From assembly GCF_009834535.1 (NCBI RefSeq), contig NC_045697.1:106332001-106396000 (forward strand): a DNA stretch of 64,000 bases. The letters are read 5' to 3'. Positions 38,871-53,110 of this stretch are shown one piece after another. The stretch comes from Camelus ferus. Taxonomy: Eukaryota. Below the pieces are notes generated by a model, which saw nothing but the letters and a program-made list of their open reading frames with translations, was not told where the DNA came from and made no database searches. The position numbers and the translations under genes are program-made. The stretch's first letter is position 1. Each line of letters starts with the position of its first letter.

Positions 38871-41689
38871 CCTCCTACCCTTTTTCATCTTTTTTGACAT
38901 AGATATTCTTGAAAGCAATCTGAACTCTTCTCACTGTTTCTTTATGACTAGATTGAAATTAAATACTTTTGACAGGAATAGTACATATGTGATATGGTAT
39001 CCTTCCTATTACATCTCACCAAAAGATGTTGCTAAATTTTAGCATTTTATTCAGGTGGTAACTGCCAATTATTTCTATTATAAAGGTATATTTCTCCCTT
39101 AGTCATTAAGAAATAATTTCTGGTTGATACTTTAGCTGTTCCCCAATCACCTTTTCTAAAAAAAGATTTCAACATCCAGTAATTACTCTTGCCTAAGTCA
39201 GTCATTACACTGGAAATTACAAAATGATGTTTTTTGTAATTCTATCATGACTTCTACATTTATAAACTGGCATTAATCTCGTAAAGGATTTTCTTCTTTT
39301 CCCTTTTTCCTCCTTTTGGGGACACATTAATTCATTTTTTAACTCAGTGTGTTATAATCTACTTCCACCATTATTCTGTTTGGTGCTTATAATGCCAAAA
39401 TTGGCCAGTCAGTTCCTCTACCATTTTCACCTATCTCCATTAGTCTTTGGCCATTTCTTCCATTTTGCCACAGTGAGAGTTTTAGGCTCACTTTGTCCTT
39501 TCCCTGTCCCAGACCTGGAATCAGATCTCCAAGAAGCAACTGTCATTACATCTTCTAAAATTACTTTTTCCTCATTCTCTAGTGTTTCCTAATTGAAAAA
39601 TCCTGGTTAGATTTATGTTAAAAAGTTTTCCATATACTCTCCAGAGCTCTTAGTCTTTCATATTTTCCCTTTCTTTGTGCTTCATTTTGTAAATTTCTCA
39701 AGATACCTTTTCTACTTTACTGATTCTATCTTCAGGTCTACTAAATCTGTACTTAAGAACTTACATTTCTTATTTAAATTATTATATATTTATTTCTAGA
39801 AGTTCTTTTAGTTTTTATCGAATCTTCCTGAACATTTTAATAGTCTCTAGCTCATTCGTACTTTTATACTTTTAATTTTTAAACATATTAAGCATACTTA
39901 TTTTCTATTTTATACCAGACAATTCTAGTATCTACGGTCTTTGAAAGTCTAATTTAATTTTGGGGGAGCTGAAGGGCTAAGTTTCTCACTCACAGCAACT
40001 AATTTCTTCATGCAGTTTGTGATATTTTTAAATTGTAAACTTATATTCTGTAGGAATGAGAATTGTTTGCAAACTGAGATTAAGATCCATTCCTTAAGAA
40101 ATAATTTGTTTTTCCTTCAGGCAGTTGAAGGAACTTTCAACTCATACTAACATTAAACTAATTTCTCACTTAAGATTTTTGAAATACTGCTAATATGGAT
40201 TCTGATTCAATCCGAGGTAAGCTTATGTGTGGTTATGAATTACAAAATTTCTTTTTTTCTCTTCTTTCAGTACCAAAGCTGAGACAGTCAGGTTTGTTTC
40301 ATTTTTCCTTCTTACAAAGCAAGGCTTTTTTATTTTCCTGGGTTAGTCTTTCATTGATGGCCCCACCTTTTGGGGAAGTCTTAGATTTGGCGGAGTCTCT
40401 GACCTGTCTTCCCATCTTGCATGTGTCACAAGTATTTTCTCTGAGACTTGCACGTGGAAGGTGCAATGAAAACGAAAGCTCAGGGCCACCAGAGACATGC
40501 AGGAACTACCAGGAAAAGAAGCTAGGCTCTGCCCTAAATACCTCTTTAGATTTGTTCTTCTGTTTTGGTTTTTTTTTTTTCCATTCTGGATTCTCAGATG
40601 CTCTATAAAAATGTGTTGAATGAAGGAATGCCTGTTCTGCTAGTCATTTAGGCTTCAAGATGCAACTTGGGGAACACTATTTGGCCTACCTCCCCCTTAT
40701 TAGTTTGTAAACTCTGTGATGATGTCCCTGGGACTTATTCCCCTTGAATCTTCAGCCTCTCATTGTAATATCTAACACATTCATCATATATTTGTTATAC
40801 AAATCAATCAATAAAATATTTAACGATTCTTATTCAGTTACATAGAATTTTTAATATTATTGCTTTTTGTTTGCCAGTGACATGGATTAATTTCTTTCAA
40901 TTTTTTTCAGATACGATTGATACTATATATATTCCTCTTTCAACTGATTCCCATTTCTAACCCAACTTTTATAAACCTTCTCTCACTTTCACAAAAAAAA
41001 AAAAAAAAAAAAAGGAGCTGTAGTTCAGGTGGCTAGAAGTAGCCTATCTTAAATCTTAAATAATAAACTGCAACAATGTAAGTTACTAGAAACTAGTTTT
41101 CTAGAATTTAGTTTTAATAATTCAGAAATTGAATATCATAAAAAGAAGTGGGTTCCCCATCACAGGTGTCTCCTGCAGAGATTGGACAGGAACTTTCCAG
41201 AAAATATTATAAAAGGGATTTTATATCATGAAAATAGTTGAGCTAGAATAGTGTTAAGGTCTCGTCTATGCAGAGACGTAATGATACTACGAAAGTGATT
41301 CACACAGATTAGTTAAATTCAGATCCTTTTCATTCAAAAAAATGAGATTTTAGATTTTTTTTATTGAGTGATTATAAAATACTTTTCTTACCTTTCTTTT
41401 TAAGAGCTACTATTTAAATCCTATTCAATTTTATATGAAGTAATTATAATAAAATTTAAAACATTAAGTTTTAAATTTATAGACAGATTCATTAGTCAAG
41501 ATTAACAGATTGCAATTTACTGAAATTTCACATTCTAGTGTGTGGGCTGGGTGGATGTCATATGACTTTCTACTGTTGGAATTTCCAGCACATGTGTGTT
41601 ATATAGAATGCCAATTCCTCAGTAAATTGTAAACTCTTTCATGGTCTCTTGAGGACAAGGACTTTATTTTTATCCATCATCCACTTATT

Positions 41690-44512
41690 CAATCATTCAT
41701 TCAACAAATATTCACCAAATTCCTATAATGAGACAGGCAGTCTGCTGGGCATCAGGGATGCAAAAAATAATCAGGGGATTATGAAGGCTACATTCTAGGG
41801 AATTATATTAACTAAATAATTAAACAGTTATACAAATAATTGAGTAATTCCAATTGCAGTGCTATGACAATTCATTTCTATTATCTCATAAATTTAAGAC
41901 AAAGAATAAAACATATCCCTTAGCTTTTGTAACTGGGAGGTTATTGCTGGACAGTTTAATGGAAAGAGGGAGTGGAAGCAAGATTTCACTGCTTTGAAGG
42001 AATAGTTATTGGAGATTACAAAGTAGACTCTCTTTTCAAGACATGTGGTTTGAAGAGAAGAAGAGTGATGAAATCATCACCATAGGGAAATAAGTTTGAG
42101 AACAGAATGTTTTCATGTCATTATATTCTTAAGATAAGAGAGACTTTAAGATGCTTATATATTATAGGAAAGGAGGAAGTGGAGATATAGAAGAAAGTAA
42201 ATAATGTGTAACAGATGAGGTAGGTTCCACAGAGAAGAGAAAGGATGGGATAGAATTTAGCTAGAGAAAATAGGCATCTTCTGAAAGAAAAAGGTAGATA
42301 AGATTTTAGGTGGCTATTAATAAATTCTCAGCAAGTTCATCAAGATATTTATTTCCTCCATGAAGTAGGAAGCAAGGCTATTTACTGAGAGGAGAGGACA
42401 GAAATTTAATAAGGGTCTCCAGGACAGTGTAAAGACTTGAAATAAACAGTAAACGGGGTGGGTAAAAGAACTAAGCAAGGTCAAATAAAAGGTTTTAACT
42501 GTGATTACCACTTAATGCAGTCACCATCACAGCTCACACTCCAAAACAAAACATAACAAAAACCTCTCTAGCTACTGTTCAATTTTTCTTTGCTTTACAG
42601 CAAACTTTAAACTGGCTGTCTACTACACACAAACTGTGTGCCCTTCCTCACCCTGTTCAGTCTTCAGTCCACCGGGAATCCAGCTCGCACAGTCATCACT
42701 TACCAAGGATGCAGTAACACCACGGTAGCACACACACTGGACATATCTCTGCATTTTACTGGGCCTTCAGCAGTACACAATGGCAACAGTGGTTCTCTTG
42801 TGCAGGGATTATATGACAACAATTTCTCCTGGTTTTGGTCTTGTGAAAACCCAGCTGCTCATTTTCAGTCTCCTCTGCTGACCCTCCTTCTATCAGACCT
42901 CTAAAAGATGGAGAGCCGTGGGCCTCTATCAGAAGCCCTTTTGTTTGTATTAACTTCACTTGTTCCTTAGGAGATTTCAAATAGTTCCTTGGGTAAATGT
43001 GTCCACACACCAGTGACTCTAAAACTTTATCCTCCAGGCCATACTGTGTTCAAAACTTCAGACTCATGTATACAATCGTCTTACATGTGAAGCTGCATGT
43101 TAATAAGTATTTCAAATATAACATATTTAATAAAACTCTTGATTTTCCCCTTCAAAAACTGTTCTTTCTTGTCTTTCTTGTGTCAGTAAATGACACCACC
43201 ATACGGCCACCAACTCAAATGAGAAATCCATAACTAAAATATATCTCAAATTTTCCCATTTCTCTCCAATTTCACCACCACCACAACAATTGCCACAATC
43301 ATGCTGCATAACAAACCAAACCAAAACTCAGTGGATTACAAGTTTAGATCTTTTTGCTCAGAGTTCTCTGACTTGGCCAGAGCAGCTCTGCTTCAGGCTG
43401 TGAGGCAGCTGGCTTAGAGGGGCCACACTGGAGGGGTGCAGCTACTTGGGACATGGTCTTTTTGTGACAGACCAAGAAGTATAAGAGACAAGTTAAACCA
43501 CTGACATATTTAAAACTACTGCTTGCAACACATCTTCTCACCTCCTGTTGGCCGAAGCAAGCACATGGCCCATCTCAAAGTCAGCGGGGCAGGAAATCAT
43601 ATTCCAACCCAGGGTGGAGGAGGAAGAGAGTGGATATGTGTTGAACAATAACCCAATCTAAGCCAACATTATCTTTTGCCAGAACTGAAAAATAGCTTCC
43701 TAATTAGTCTCCTGTTTTCTCTCTGGCCTCCATTTACCCCATTCTATACAAACAGGTCAACGCATCTTTTTTAAAATGGAAATCTGATCACATTTGCCTC
43801 AAAACTATTCAATGACTTTCCACTGCTCTTAAAATAAAAAGCAGTTCCTTGCCATTACCTCAGGGCCATACATCGTCTGATTCTTACCCATCTCTCTCAC
43901 ATGGTTTCACATGGCTTATTTTCTCAGCCACTATATGACAGCCACAATGGTTTATTTTCAAGACCCTGAATAAGTCAATTCCTGCCCCTTCTTGGGGCTT
44001 CTTCACTGCCTGGATTTCTCTTCATACTGCTGCCAGTGATGTGCTGCAGCTGACTTGTACCAGCTTTCAAGAGTCAACTGTTAAATTTTTTTAAATTTTG
44101 CCATCCAGAGGTTAAGCCCTGGGTAGCCCGAAATCACTCACAGTGGAAATATTTACACCATGAAAGTTAAGATGTGTTATATCAGGCTTCCTCCCACCCC
44201 CAGACAGCTAGTTTACCAGCACACTACTGGTCTTCCTTTCCTTCAGATCTCAGATCAAATATAAGTTCCTCAGAGACACTTCTATGACATCTGCATCTAA
44301 AGTATGTCCCCACAGTCTATTGTATCACTCTGTTTTCTTCACTGTGATCTTTACATTTTGTGATTATCTAGCTTTATCTGTTTTTTTGCTTTTTGCCTAT
44401 CCTCTCCCAGCAGAATATAAGCTCCATTTTCACAATGATAACATTACTGTCAGGAAGAGTGACTGGCATATAATAGATGCTTAGTAAATACTTATTAAAT
44501 AAATGAATGAAT
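41690..44512. mobile_element. Cluster of L2 fragments in both orientations, with a MaLR-like piece about 43290-43660
   Basis: cattcattcaacaaatatt at 41690; ctggcatataatagatgcttagtaaata...aatgaatga at 44460-44510. Confidence 0.55.
44033..44230. mobile_element. hAT relic, MER63-like, with terminal inverted repeats
   Basis: ccagtgatgtgctg ... cagcacactactgg. Confidence 0.75.
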
Positions 44513-45404
44513 TTTTTCACTGGTATGTTATAAGCTAGTTAAGAATGGAAAATTTTTGATCCCTAACTCACACATAGCATTATAAATCAGCAGCCCAATA
44601 AATATTAATTGAATAAATAAAATAATGTATTTATTAGGTACAGATGTAATGAATTTCAGATGTCATGTCAGAGAGGGCAGAAAAGATATTTGCGCTAGAC
44701 AGGTTGTCTGAATACTTCAGATTTCTCTTAAGTTCCTCTTCTCCATCCTGATGTAGTTATTATTGTCTAATATAATATCCTTCAATTAACAAATTGTTAT
44801 CGACTACCTTCCTCAATCATGTGTCAGAGACCATGGAGGTTAGAAGACAAGGGGAAAACACCATCACCACTTTCTGAAAGTTTATATCCTATTAATCCCA
44901 CAGTAATTGTACTCATTCATTTATCTATTGAACAAATATCTCAGTACCTAGCCTAGTACATATTAGGTACTCAATAAATGCTGAATGAACAAACAGATCT
45001 CAGCCAGGAACTAAAAGTAGAGTTGAATTAAATCCAGAGAATATGTAGTTCTCTGTGATGTCAGCAGAACTGGAAGTTAATCCGTGTTTTTTCAGTACAA
45101 TTTAACTCCACTATTTTAGACCTCAATAAAACAACAGTGTGAAATGTTTTTAAAACCATTTTTAAATGTTTTAAAAAACAATGAACAGATAACTATTTTC
45201 AGGAATACAAAAATATAACGTAATAGCAATGAAAAGGAAGACAAAAATTATACAATTCCAATAAGCTTTAAGACATTTTACTCAAGTATAATCAATCAAT
45301 TCAATATCTACCAGGTACAAATTATTACATTAATTAATATATTTCAGGTATGGGAATCTCATCCTCCAGGTGGGTAAATTATATTATTTACAAGGGGTAA
45401 CACA

Positions 45405-45615
45405 GAAGAAGTGGTTAAGAAAGCAGATGGACTTGAGGGGGCATAAATTTGAACTTTTTCACCAGTATGACACTCAGCAAGTTACGTTATGTCTGTGTTG
45501 AGCTTTTTCATTTGTAAATGTGTATGATGATAATAGGTTGCCGCGAAGACTGGGTGAATAATACATGCAAAATACTTAGCACAATGCCTGGTACATAGTA
45601 AGTGCTCAGTAAAAT
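45405..45615 (+). mobile_element. MIR
   Basis: tcatttgtaaatg...aaaatacttagcacaatgcctggtacatagtaagtgctcagtaaa. Confidence 0.75.
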
Positions 45616-48600
45616 TAGTGAGGGTAATGGTCATAATGATGAGAATTATAACATGACATTGATTATATCTATACAGGAAATGAAGCAGACATAACATGTT
45701 ACAAAGTGGAGTTTGGAAGTGCCATAAGATAAAGTGCTACCAAAATATTGTACCAAGTATGTAAACTTTTAGTAACAGCACAACAGATTAAAAACAAAAC
45801 AGTAAGTCGTATCATGCTAAATAAATATTCCTATGCCTAAAATTTCTCCATCAAGCATTCACTTCTCTTATCCAGTCATAAAATACAACAGTACTCATCA
45901 AGCCTTTGGCAAATTAAGCAGCATACATTATTCCCCAAAAGGAAGAAAATGCCAGTCACCCCTCTAGTGAAATAGCTGAATCTCTACCAAGTAAATATAG
46001 CCAAAGGCTTAACAAAATTGCCCAAAAGACATGTATGTATATTCACCTTTTGGGGTCATGCTCTCCAACAAAAAAACTGAAAACAAAGAAGCAACAACAA
46101 AAACCCAAAGATGTGGCTGTAATTCAATGACTCTCACAAATCGACCTGATGAAGAAATACCAGTGTATATCCCTAGTCAGTATATCCCTTGATTTCACTA
46201 ACACAAAATGAAACAGGTGTCAAGAAATAATTCTCCATGAATATTTTCACATTTCTGCACTGCCATGGCTTTCTGAGCAATGAATTCTGGTACCTGGGTT
46301 AAAAGATGCTTGAATAGCAAACAAACCAGGGAAGGTAAAGACCCTGGAGAGATTTCGAGGCACCTGCTCTGAAGCCACTTATTTATATTCAAAAGCGTGA
46401 TAGACGCAGGGACTGTCACTTCACCTCCTCTTCCCAGAATGGATTTGCTTACATTTATGAAGCACTTGCTCTCCCTCCTTCCCCCCTCTCTCTTTCTCTG
46501 TCTCTACAGGGGAGGAGATGCAAATGCACCAAATGCCCTACATAAGCACTTAAAATCAGAATTTCAGAGTTCCTCTTCTGTGGTGCTCACTCCAGTCTAC
46601 ATGAGGCATGAGGAACCTGAGGTAGGATGCCCTCTGAGCAATTAAGTCTGTCTGTGACCCAGAAAACTCATGCTTCTTATCAGGATAGACAGATGTGGAT
46701 GGATGAATAGATGGAAGGAAGAAAAGTAGGAAGCTAGGTAGGCAGACAGACAGACAGATAGGTGCAACTTAACATAAACAGGGCTGACACATTCCTAGGG
46801 ACACATGTTTCCTTCCCATTATGTCTGATCTAGGAAATATAGAAGACTTGGTAATAACTCCAAACCCCTTTGAACATGCTTCCCAAAAGTGAGACACACA
46901 AATGAACAAACTGAGTCTCAGAAGCAAGTAAAACCTAAGGACACTCTAACATAGGCCCTGAATGAGGTTTTGAGAACTCAAAGAACTCATTTGACCCTAG
47001 CTGAAAGACTGTCAGAAGAAACTTGGGAAGAGAACAATCATTACGGCAGTGACAGCTGTAAGGCAAACCAGTATAAAACTAATGATCTTCACATGTCAGG
47101 TGGGAAAAATACAAGCACTCATGGAGAAGCATAAAATACCACAGTCCTTTATCGTAACTATTTAGTAACCTTGACATAGCAAGGAGGATATTCATTTATA
47201 AATTGTACTCTTCTCCACAGATATTCATGGGGTGAGAGGGGTGTCATCACTAGGGCAGGGCTGCTAAACATAGAAGGTGGTAACTTGAAAGCATTAGGGA
47301 CTGTTTGCAAATGGAAACTGTTTTTATGTATTAATTTTTGGTAGCATTAATCATGTTGTATCCTACAGTGGTGTTGGCATTTCTCTTGCATGCACACACT
47401 GAATTACTGAGCAGCACTATGCAATGTGTCTCACACGCTCTGGCACTTCCATTTCATACTTCACAGTTTTAGTGTCACTTTGAGGTTTGAAATGTTTCAC
47501 AGTTATTTGCTATATGTGGGTGCCAAAAAAAAAAAAAAAAAGTCAGCCTATATCACTGCAAAAGATACTGCAAGAATAGAAAATGGTTAGAGTCAGATGA
47601 GAATTTCTGTCCCATTAGCATTCAGAACTTTATCAAGAATCAATTTACTTTTTATCAAAATCTAATTTATGTTCTACAGATGCATGAGTGCATGCAATTA
47701 TTTTGCTCACTGCATACAGTTCTTATAAAGTTAAATATAAACTTTTATTGCTGTAGATAAGATTCTATAATTAAAAGGAAACTGAAAATACCATACATCT
47801 TTTCTAGGCTACAACTTGCCCATATGCTCTCACATAACAAACCCGAAAGCTCAATTCAGTCACCTGATCTAATCCAGTATAAATATTGAGTGAATTTCTA
47901 TGTATATATCTTGATGGGTGTCTCAATGTGTTAAAGCAAATCTATTTAAACAAGGATAGAATAACATATCTGTCACAAATATAAATGCATTAAGACTCAT
48001 CGGACACTGAACAATATACTGATCGACATCTACAAATAACGACAGGCATTTTACCTTCAATTTTTCTAAATAGACACTTGATGACCTATTTCTGCCTGTA
48101 GATTATTACTTGGCATGACTCCCCCACTTCACATGCCACCCACAGCAGTTTGGCATTTCACCCCCCAAATACTGCATGTATTTTTTATTAGCATAATCTG
48201 TCCAGTAGTGAAATAAAAATAAATAAATAAATGAATAAATATAATGATAAGCACAGTAGGACACAAGAAAGGATGCTTCTCATACAAGAGAAGCACTTGT
48301 CAAAAATCAAGCACTAAGTCAAGGTTTATCCTCCCCTCCTCTTGTCTTTCCAACTGCACAAGATGCCTCCTCAAGTTTAAATGTCTGGTTTGTTTCATTA
48401 CAAATGGAAACTGAGAGCCATTAGTAAGCATGAAAAAGCAAAAAGAGAAGTAAGCAAATACAGACGGACACTCAAGTAGTGACATGCTTAAGCATGCTCT
48501 GAATAAGTTTTAATATCTGAAATTATTTCCTTCTGACACTTTAAAAGAATATTTCCTTTGTAGGAAGAGGAAATTTATGCTTAAAATGTGGCTATCTGAA

Positions 48601-49511
48601 AGATTACAAAAGTTACCCTAAAAGAGGGTAACTCTTCCATCTAGTGCTTAACGAAGAAACAAATAATGAGTAATACTGCTGAACATATTAACAAAACTAC
48701 TGAAAGTTCAAAGGGGCTACTCTAGTTTCAAATATTCCAACAGGAATCCAGGTAATCCTGAAAGTGGGTGTGTGGAGACAGGGCCAACCTCCACAGAATG
48801 GACCATGGGCATACAGAAAGCTGATTGAGATAGAATGCTAGCATGGTCTCGATTGTGTTTCCAACTTAACCTAAACTCTAACTTGACAAGATCACACTAA
48901 AGATGCAAAACTATTGGTATATTTTACATTTGCAAATTTCTCTTTAAATGATACACAATTAAACACTTAGCAGCAACATCACTTAAAACATACAACTTCT
49001 TTGTTGGGAGGATAAATGTAGGCTACTTAAAAAGCAATAATGGTACACTATTAAAAAGGTTTTGATTTAATGTGGTTACTTATATTAGCCACTTGTATTG
49101 GACATTCTGACTCTAGATTTACGGTAGCCCCAAAGTACTGAAATTGCATAACAGCCTCATGAAATTGACAAAAAGTTCTCAAAATCAATTAATTGTAATT
49201 CATATTAAAATTAAAAATTAACACTTCCCAGTGGCAGGTTTAGAACTAGGTAGGGGGAGGAAGTGGAAGAAATCGATCACAAAACACATGCAAAACTTCA
49301 GAACTATCACTACTTCCTCTTAAAGGGTAGGCAAGCATTGGTTTAGACAGCACACCAAGGCCTCTAACTGTGGTCTCTAGAGAGACTATAGGGCCTTCAT
49401 TTAATTATGAACATGCTGCTCTTTGTGTATCAATCATTCTGTCAGACGCCAGGGGGTTAACAAATGCTAGAAAATGTATGATCTGCACCATCCATAGAAT
49501 TAGAGAATAAC

Positions 49512-49622
49512 ACTTTACGTAGAAAAAGAAGTTGAATATAGGTACGTATATGCATGACTGGGACATTGTGCTGTACACCAGAAATTGACATATTGTAACT
49601 GACTTTACTTCAATTAAAAAAG
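49512..49622 (+). mobile_element. L1 extreme 3' fragment
   Basis: Matches 1435-1545 (gactgggacattgtgctgtacaccagaaattga). Confidence 0.85.
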
Positions 49623-50187
49623 GCAAAAGAATCATATTTAAAAGTAACAATTCAGAATATTCTTGATACTACCAAAGGGAAAATGACTACTATTAAAGGG
49701 AAAGTTAGACTAATGGTCAATTGTTGACTAGCTGAGATGGTTCCAATAAAAATGAGAGAGAATGCATAAGATTCTAAGTCTCTAGGACCCTTTCCCTATT
49801 TTACAACTCCACAGTCACGACTCCTTACACTAACAGTGACTTTCTTGTGTATAAGCATAAGAGAGGTATATTTTCAAATGCATGGTCTTTGTGAAGAATG
49901 TGAAATGTTGGAGTAGAAGCCTCTCCAATTTTCCAATTTTTTTTTGCACATTAATATCAGTACAAAAATTTGAGGGTAGGTGTCCCAATATATGCATAGT
50001 TATTTAACTATAACTTATATTTACATTCTACTTTATTAACACATCAAGTATGTTATAAAATAAGCAAAAACAGAATTATAATCAGAAAATAAAGAAAAAT
50101 ATAAACAAGAGCTTCTTCCTATACAATCAGATATCATCTTGATCAACCCTTGGAGTAAGCATTCCTTAAGATACCAAAGGATTAGAG

Positions 50188-50404
50188 CAGGAGTTGGCAA
50201 ACCATGACCACGGCCAAATTCAACCTATCACCTGTTTCTGTAAACTAGGTTTTACTGGACAACAGCCAAGCCTGTATGTTTACCTATTATCTGTGGCTGC
50301 TTTCCTGCTACAGAAGCAGAGATGAGTAATTGTGACCATCTGGGCCACAAAGTCAAAATATTTACTATCATCTGATCCTTTTCAAGAAAAGTTGACCAAC
50401 CCTC
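50188..50404. mobile_element. hAT-Charlie relic, MER58A-like
   Basis: caggagttggcaaac...gttttactgga...ctgtggctgctttc...aaaatatttactatc...gttgaccaaccct. Confidence 0.8.
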
Positions 50405-52646
50405 ATATTAGGATTAATTTCAAAGCACCTAAGAAGGGAGAGTTCTGCAGACAGAGCAGTAAGACCGAGCATCTGAGGTAGAGAGAGAAAAAGGGGGGAA
50501 GTGACAAATCTACTAGGGATGCCAACCAAGTTACAAAACAGGCATGGGAGAGGAATTCCCTACCAGGATAAAACTATTAGGGTAAGGCTGACTACAGTAT
50601 CACAGAGTATGAAAACAGAACTTAAACACTGCTGGAAGGAAAACATACAAACTGATGTATGATGTACTGATATACATACATCAAAAGGCACAGAGGGCCA
50701 CAGTTTGTTTTTAACTGATATTCCTATAATACTCAATCAGAGGATAGCTCTCTCTCCATCCCAGCACAGCTTATATCAATTTCGGCACTTGCCATTAACT
50801 TCAAAATAGGGCTCAGGAGATGTTTAAGATACCAATGGACAAAAATGAAGACTTAACATGCAGAATGAACAGCATAGATAACAACTCAATATCTCTCACG
50901 CTCACAGACACGCACTCACACATGTAATTCCAGTACTGGCATCCTCCAGCAAATACCATAATATTCTTTTGGCTATGACAAAGCGTTCTCTTAAATATAC
51001 TACTAAAGATAATTGTAGGAAAATGGAGAATTAAGGTCTTCAAGTCCCCAATAATCTCTCTTTTTCCCAACTTTTATTATACTTAAAGTCAATGCCAAAG
51101 ATTCTAGCATTTAATTATTCTCCTGTATCAGTTCTGACTTTCCCAACTAGAGAGGACAGAAATGAACAAAGATGTCTGACACATTTTTGTATGCCTCATG
51201 TCACTAAGCATGGGCATGTGGTAATATACTCAATAAATAATTATTGACCAGTTTCTGGGAGGTTATCAACAAACTGATTTGCCCGTTGCTGCTTCTTACA
51301 ATATTGAATATTCTTTTTTAAAAACTGTTTCAAGATGAAATAGAAAGAATACAGGACTAGGAGTTTGGAAATTTGGTTCTAGTCACAGGTGGTGTAACAA
51401 ACTAGCTTAATCGTCTTGAGCAAGTCACTGAAGCTCCTTTGCTTCCCTTTCATAATGATCGATTAGAGCAGCTGGCGACTGATATCCTATTTAGCTCTGA
51501 AAGTCTACGTGACAAAGTCACATGTAAGGATATAGCAAATCTTTTAAAACCATGTTATTCAAGTCAGGTATTGCAAAATGACAGCTGGAGGGCCAAATAT
51601 AGACGCCGATATAGATTTAGGGGACATGTGATGCTCAAGAAATAAATCAGGGTGTCTAATGGGTGTGCCTTCTCCAGTTTGCCATAGATGTCATTCCTCC
51701 CATTGATCACATTGTCTCAGTTACCTGCTGATCTCAGAAGGGTATTTAAGTTTGTAACCCATGATTTAAAGGAATTATAATTCTGTTGTCATTTCAATAC
51801 CTAGATTGATTATCTTGAACATGAAAAATAGAAATACTACCGTAACTAAACAGAATTTTAGAACACATATTGAGAAGGTACTAAGCTTCTGCCAATATCC
51901 TGGAAATCTTCTTTCAGAATGAAATGCAGTGCAGTAACAAAAATACTGAATTTTATATACAAAAAAACAAACAAAAAACAAAACAAAACCCTAGATTTGG
52001 TCTTCTCTTATCCACCAATAAAACCTTTGACCTTGAGTGGTAATTTACTGAGACTCTCTGAACGTCTGCTTTCTTATTCATAAAACGGAGGTGGAGTAGT
52101 TAGACTAAATTGTGTCTGATGGATATTTTATCTCTACGGCTTTGTAGTTCTATGACAACAAGCAATATCATTGTTTTGACCCTATTTCCTAGAACTCTGA
52201 GAAAGCCATGGTCCTTTAGAAATAAATAGATTTATCTAAACTAAAGGGAGGAAAAGATGTTGGAACACACTAGATCAACAGAACCAAAATGCAACAACAG
52301 AACAGCAAAAGGAGCACTCATTTCCTGAGATGTACAACAGCAGTGATAAAGTAATGGCAAAGCCCTCACTACAGCACCACGCCAACATAGCCCAAAGATC
52401 CTTTTGCAGTAATGCAGAACAGTCTAATGATAACATTAGACTATGAATTAGAACACTGTTGTAGTGCTTGCTGTGCCATTTTTTGTGATTTTAGCCTCTT
52501 ATTTAAACACAATGAGTCTCAAATTCCTCATCTGCAAAAAAAGAGGGAATAATAATGCTTTGAAACTACAAATATATGTACTTAGAGTTTATGCATGTTA
52601 CAACAGACACATATGGTTTGGAAGATAATTGTCTTGAGTTCCTCGA

Positions 52647-53110
52647 TGTTGGAAGAGGCAGTCTGCAAGGGGTCCTGAGCATCCCTGACAATTGTATTGG
52701 ATGTGAAGAATGACAGGTTCTGGCTGTTCTTTACTCTTTACCCAGACTGTTTCTCAGGGTTGTGTTTGCAGCAAGCAACCTTGAGGAGTGAGGTAACACC
52801 TCCTACAGGGAAAAACAGCACTCTTCCTCTGAAAGCCATAGATTCCCCAAGCTCACAACTCTCAGCTGTAACACAAACCCACGTGTACAGCCTCCACATG
52901 AGCCCCTCCACATGGCCCCAGGGGACTCGGGGTGAAGGGAACTGATGTGGACATGAAGCTCAGTCTGCATGCTGTCCGTGAGAAATGAAGTCCTTGTCTC
53001 TGACAGGTCCTGATTCTGGGTCTGCAGTCGGATCACATCCATGAAATTGTGGCAGGCTAAATTTTTAGCTTGTAAATAGGAGGAAATCCCAGGCCCTTCA
53101 CGGACCCTCT
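52647..53110 (+). mobile_element. ERVL solo LTR, LTR47-like
   Basis: tgttgg start; gtccttgtctctgac...catccatgaaattgtggcaggctaa...ttagcttg...cccttcac. Confidence 0.65.
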
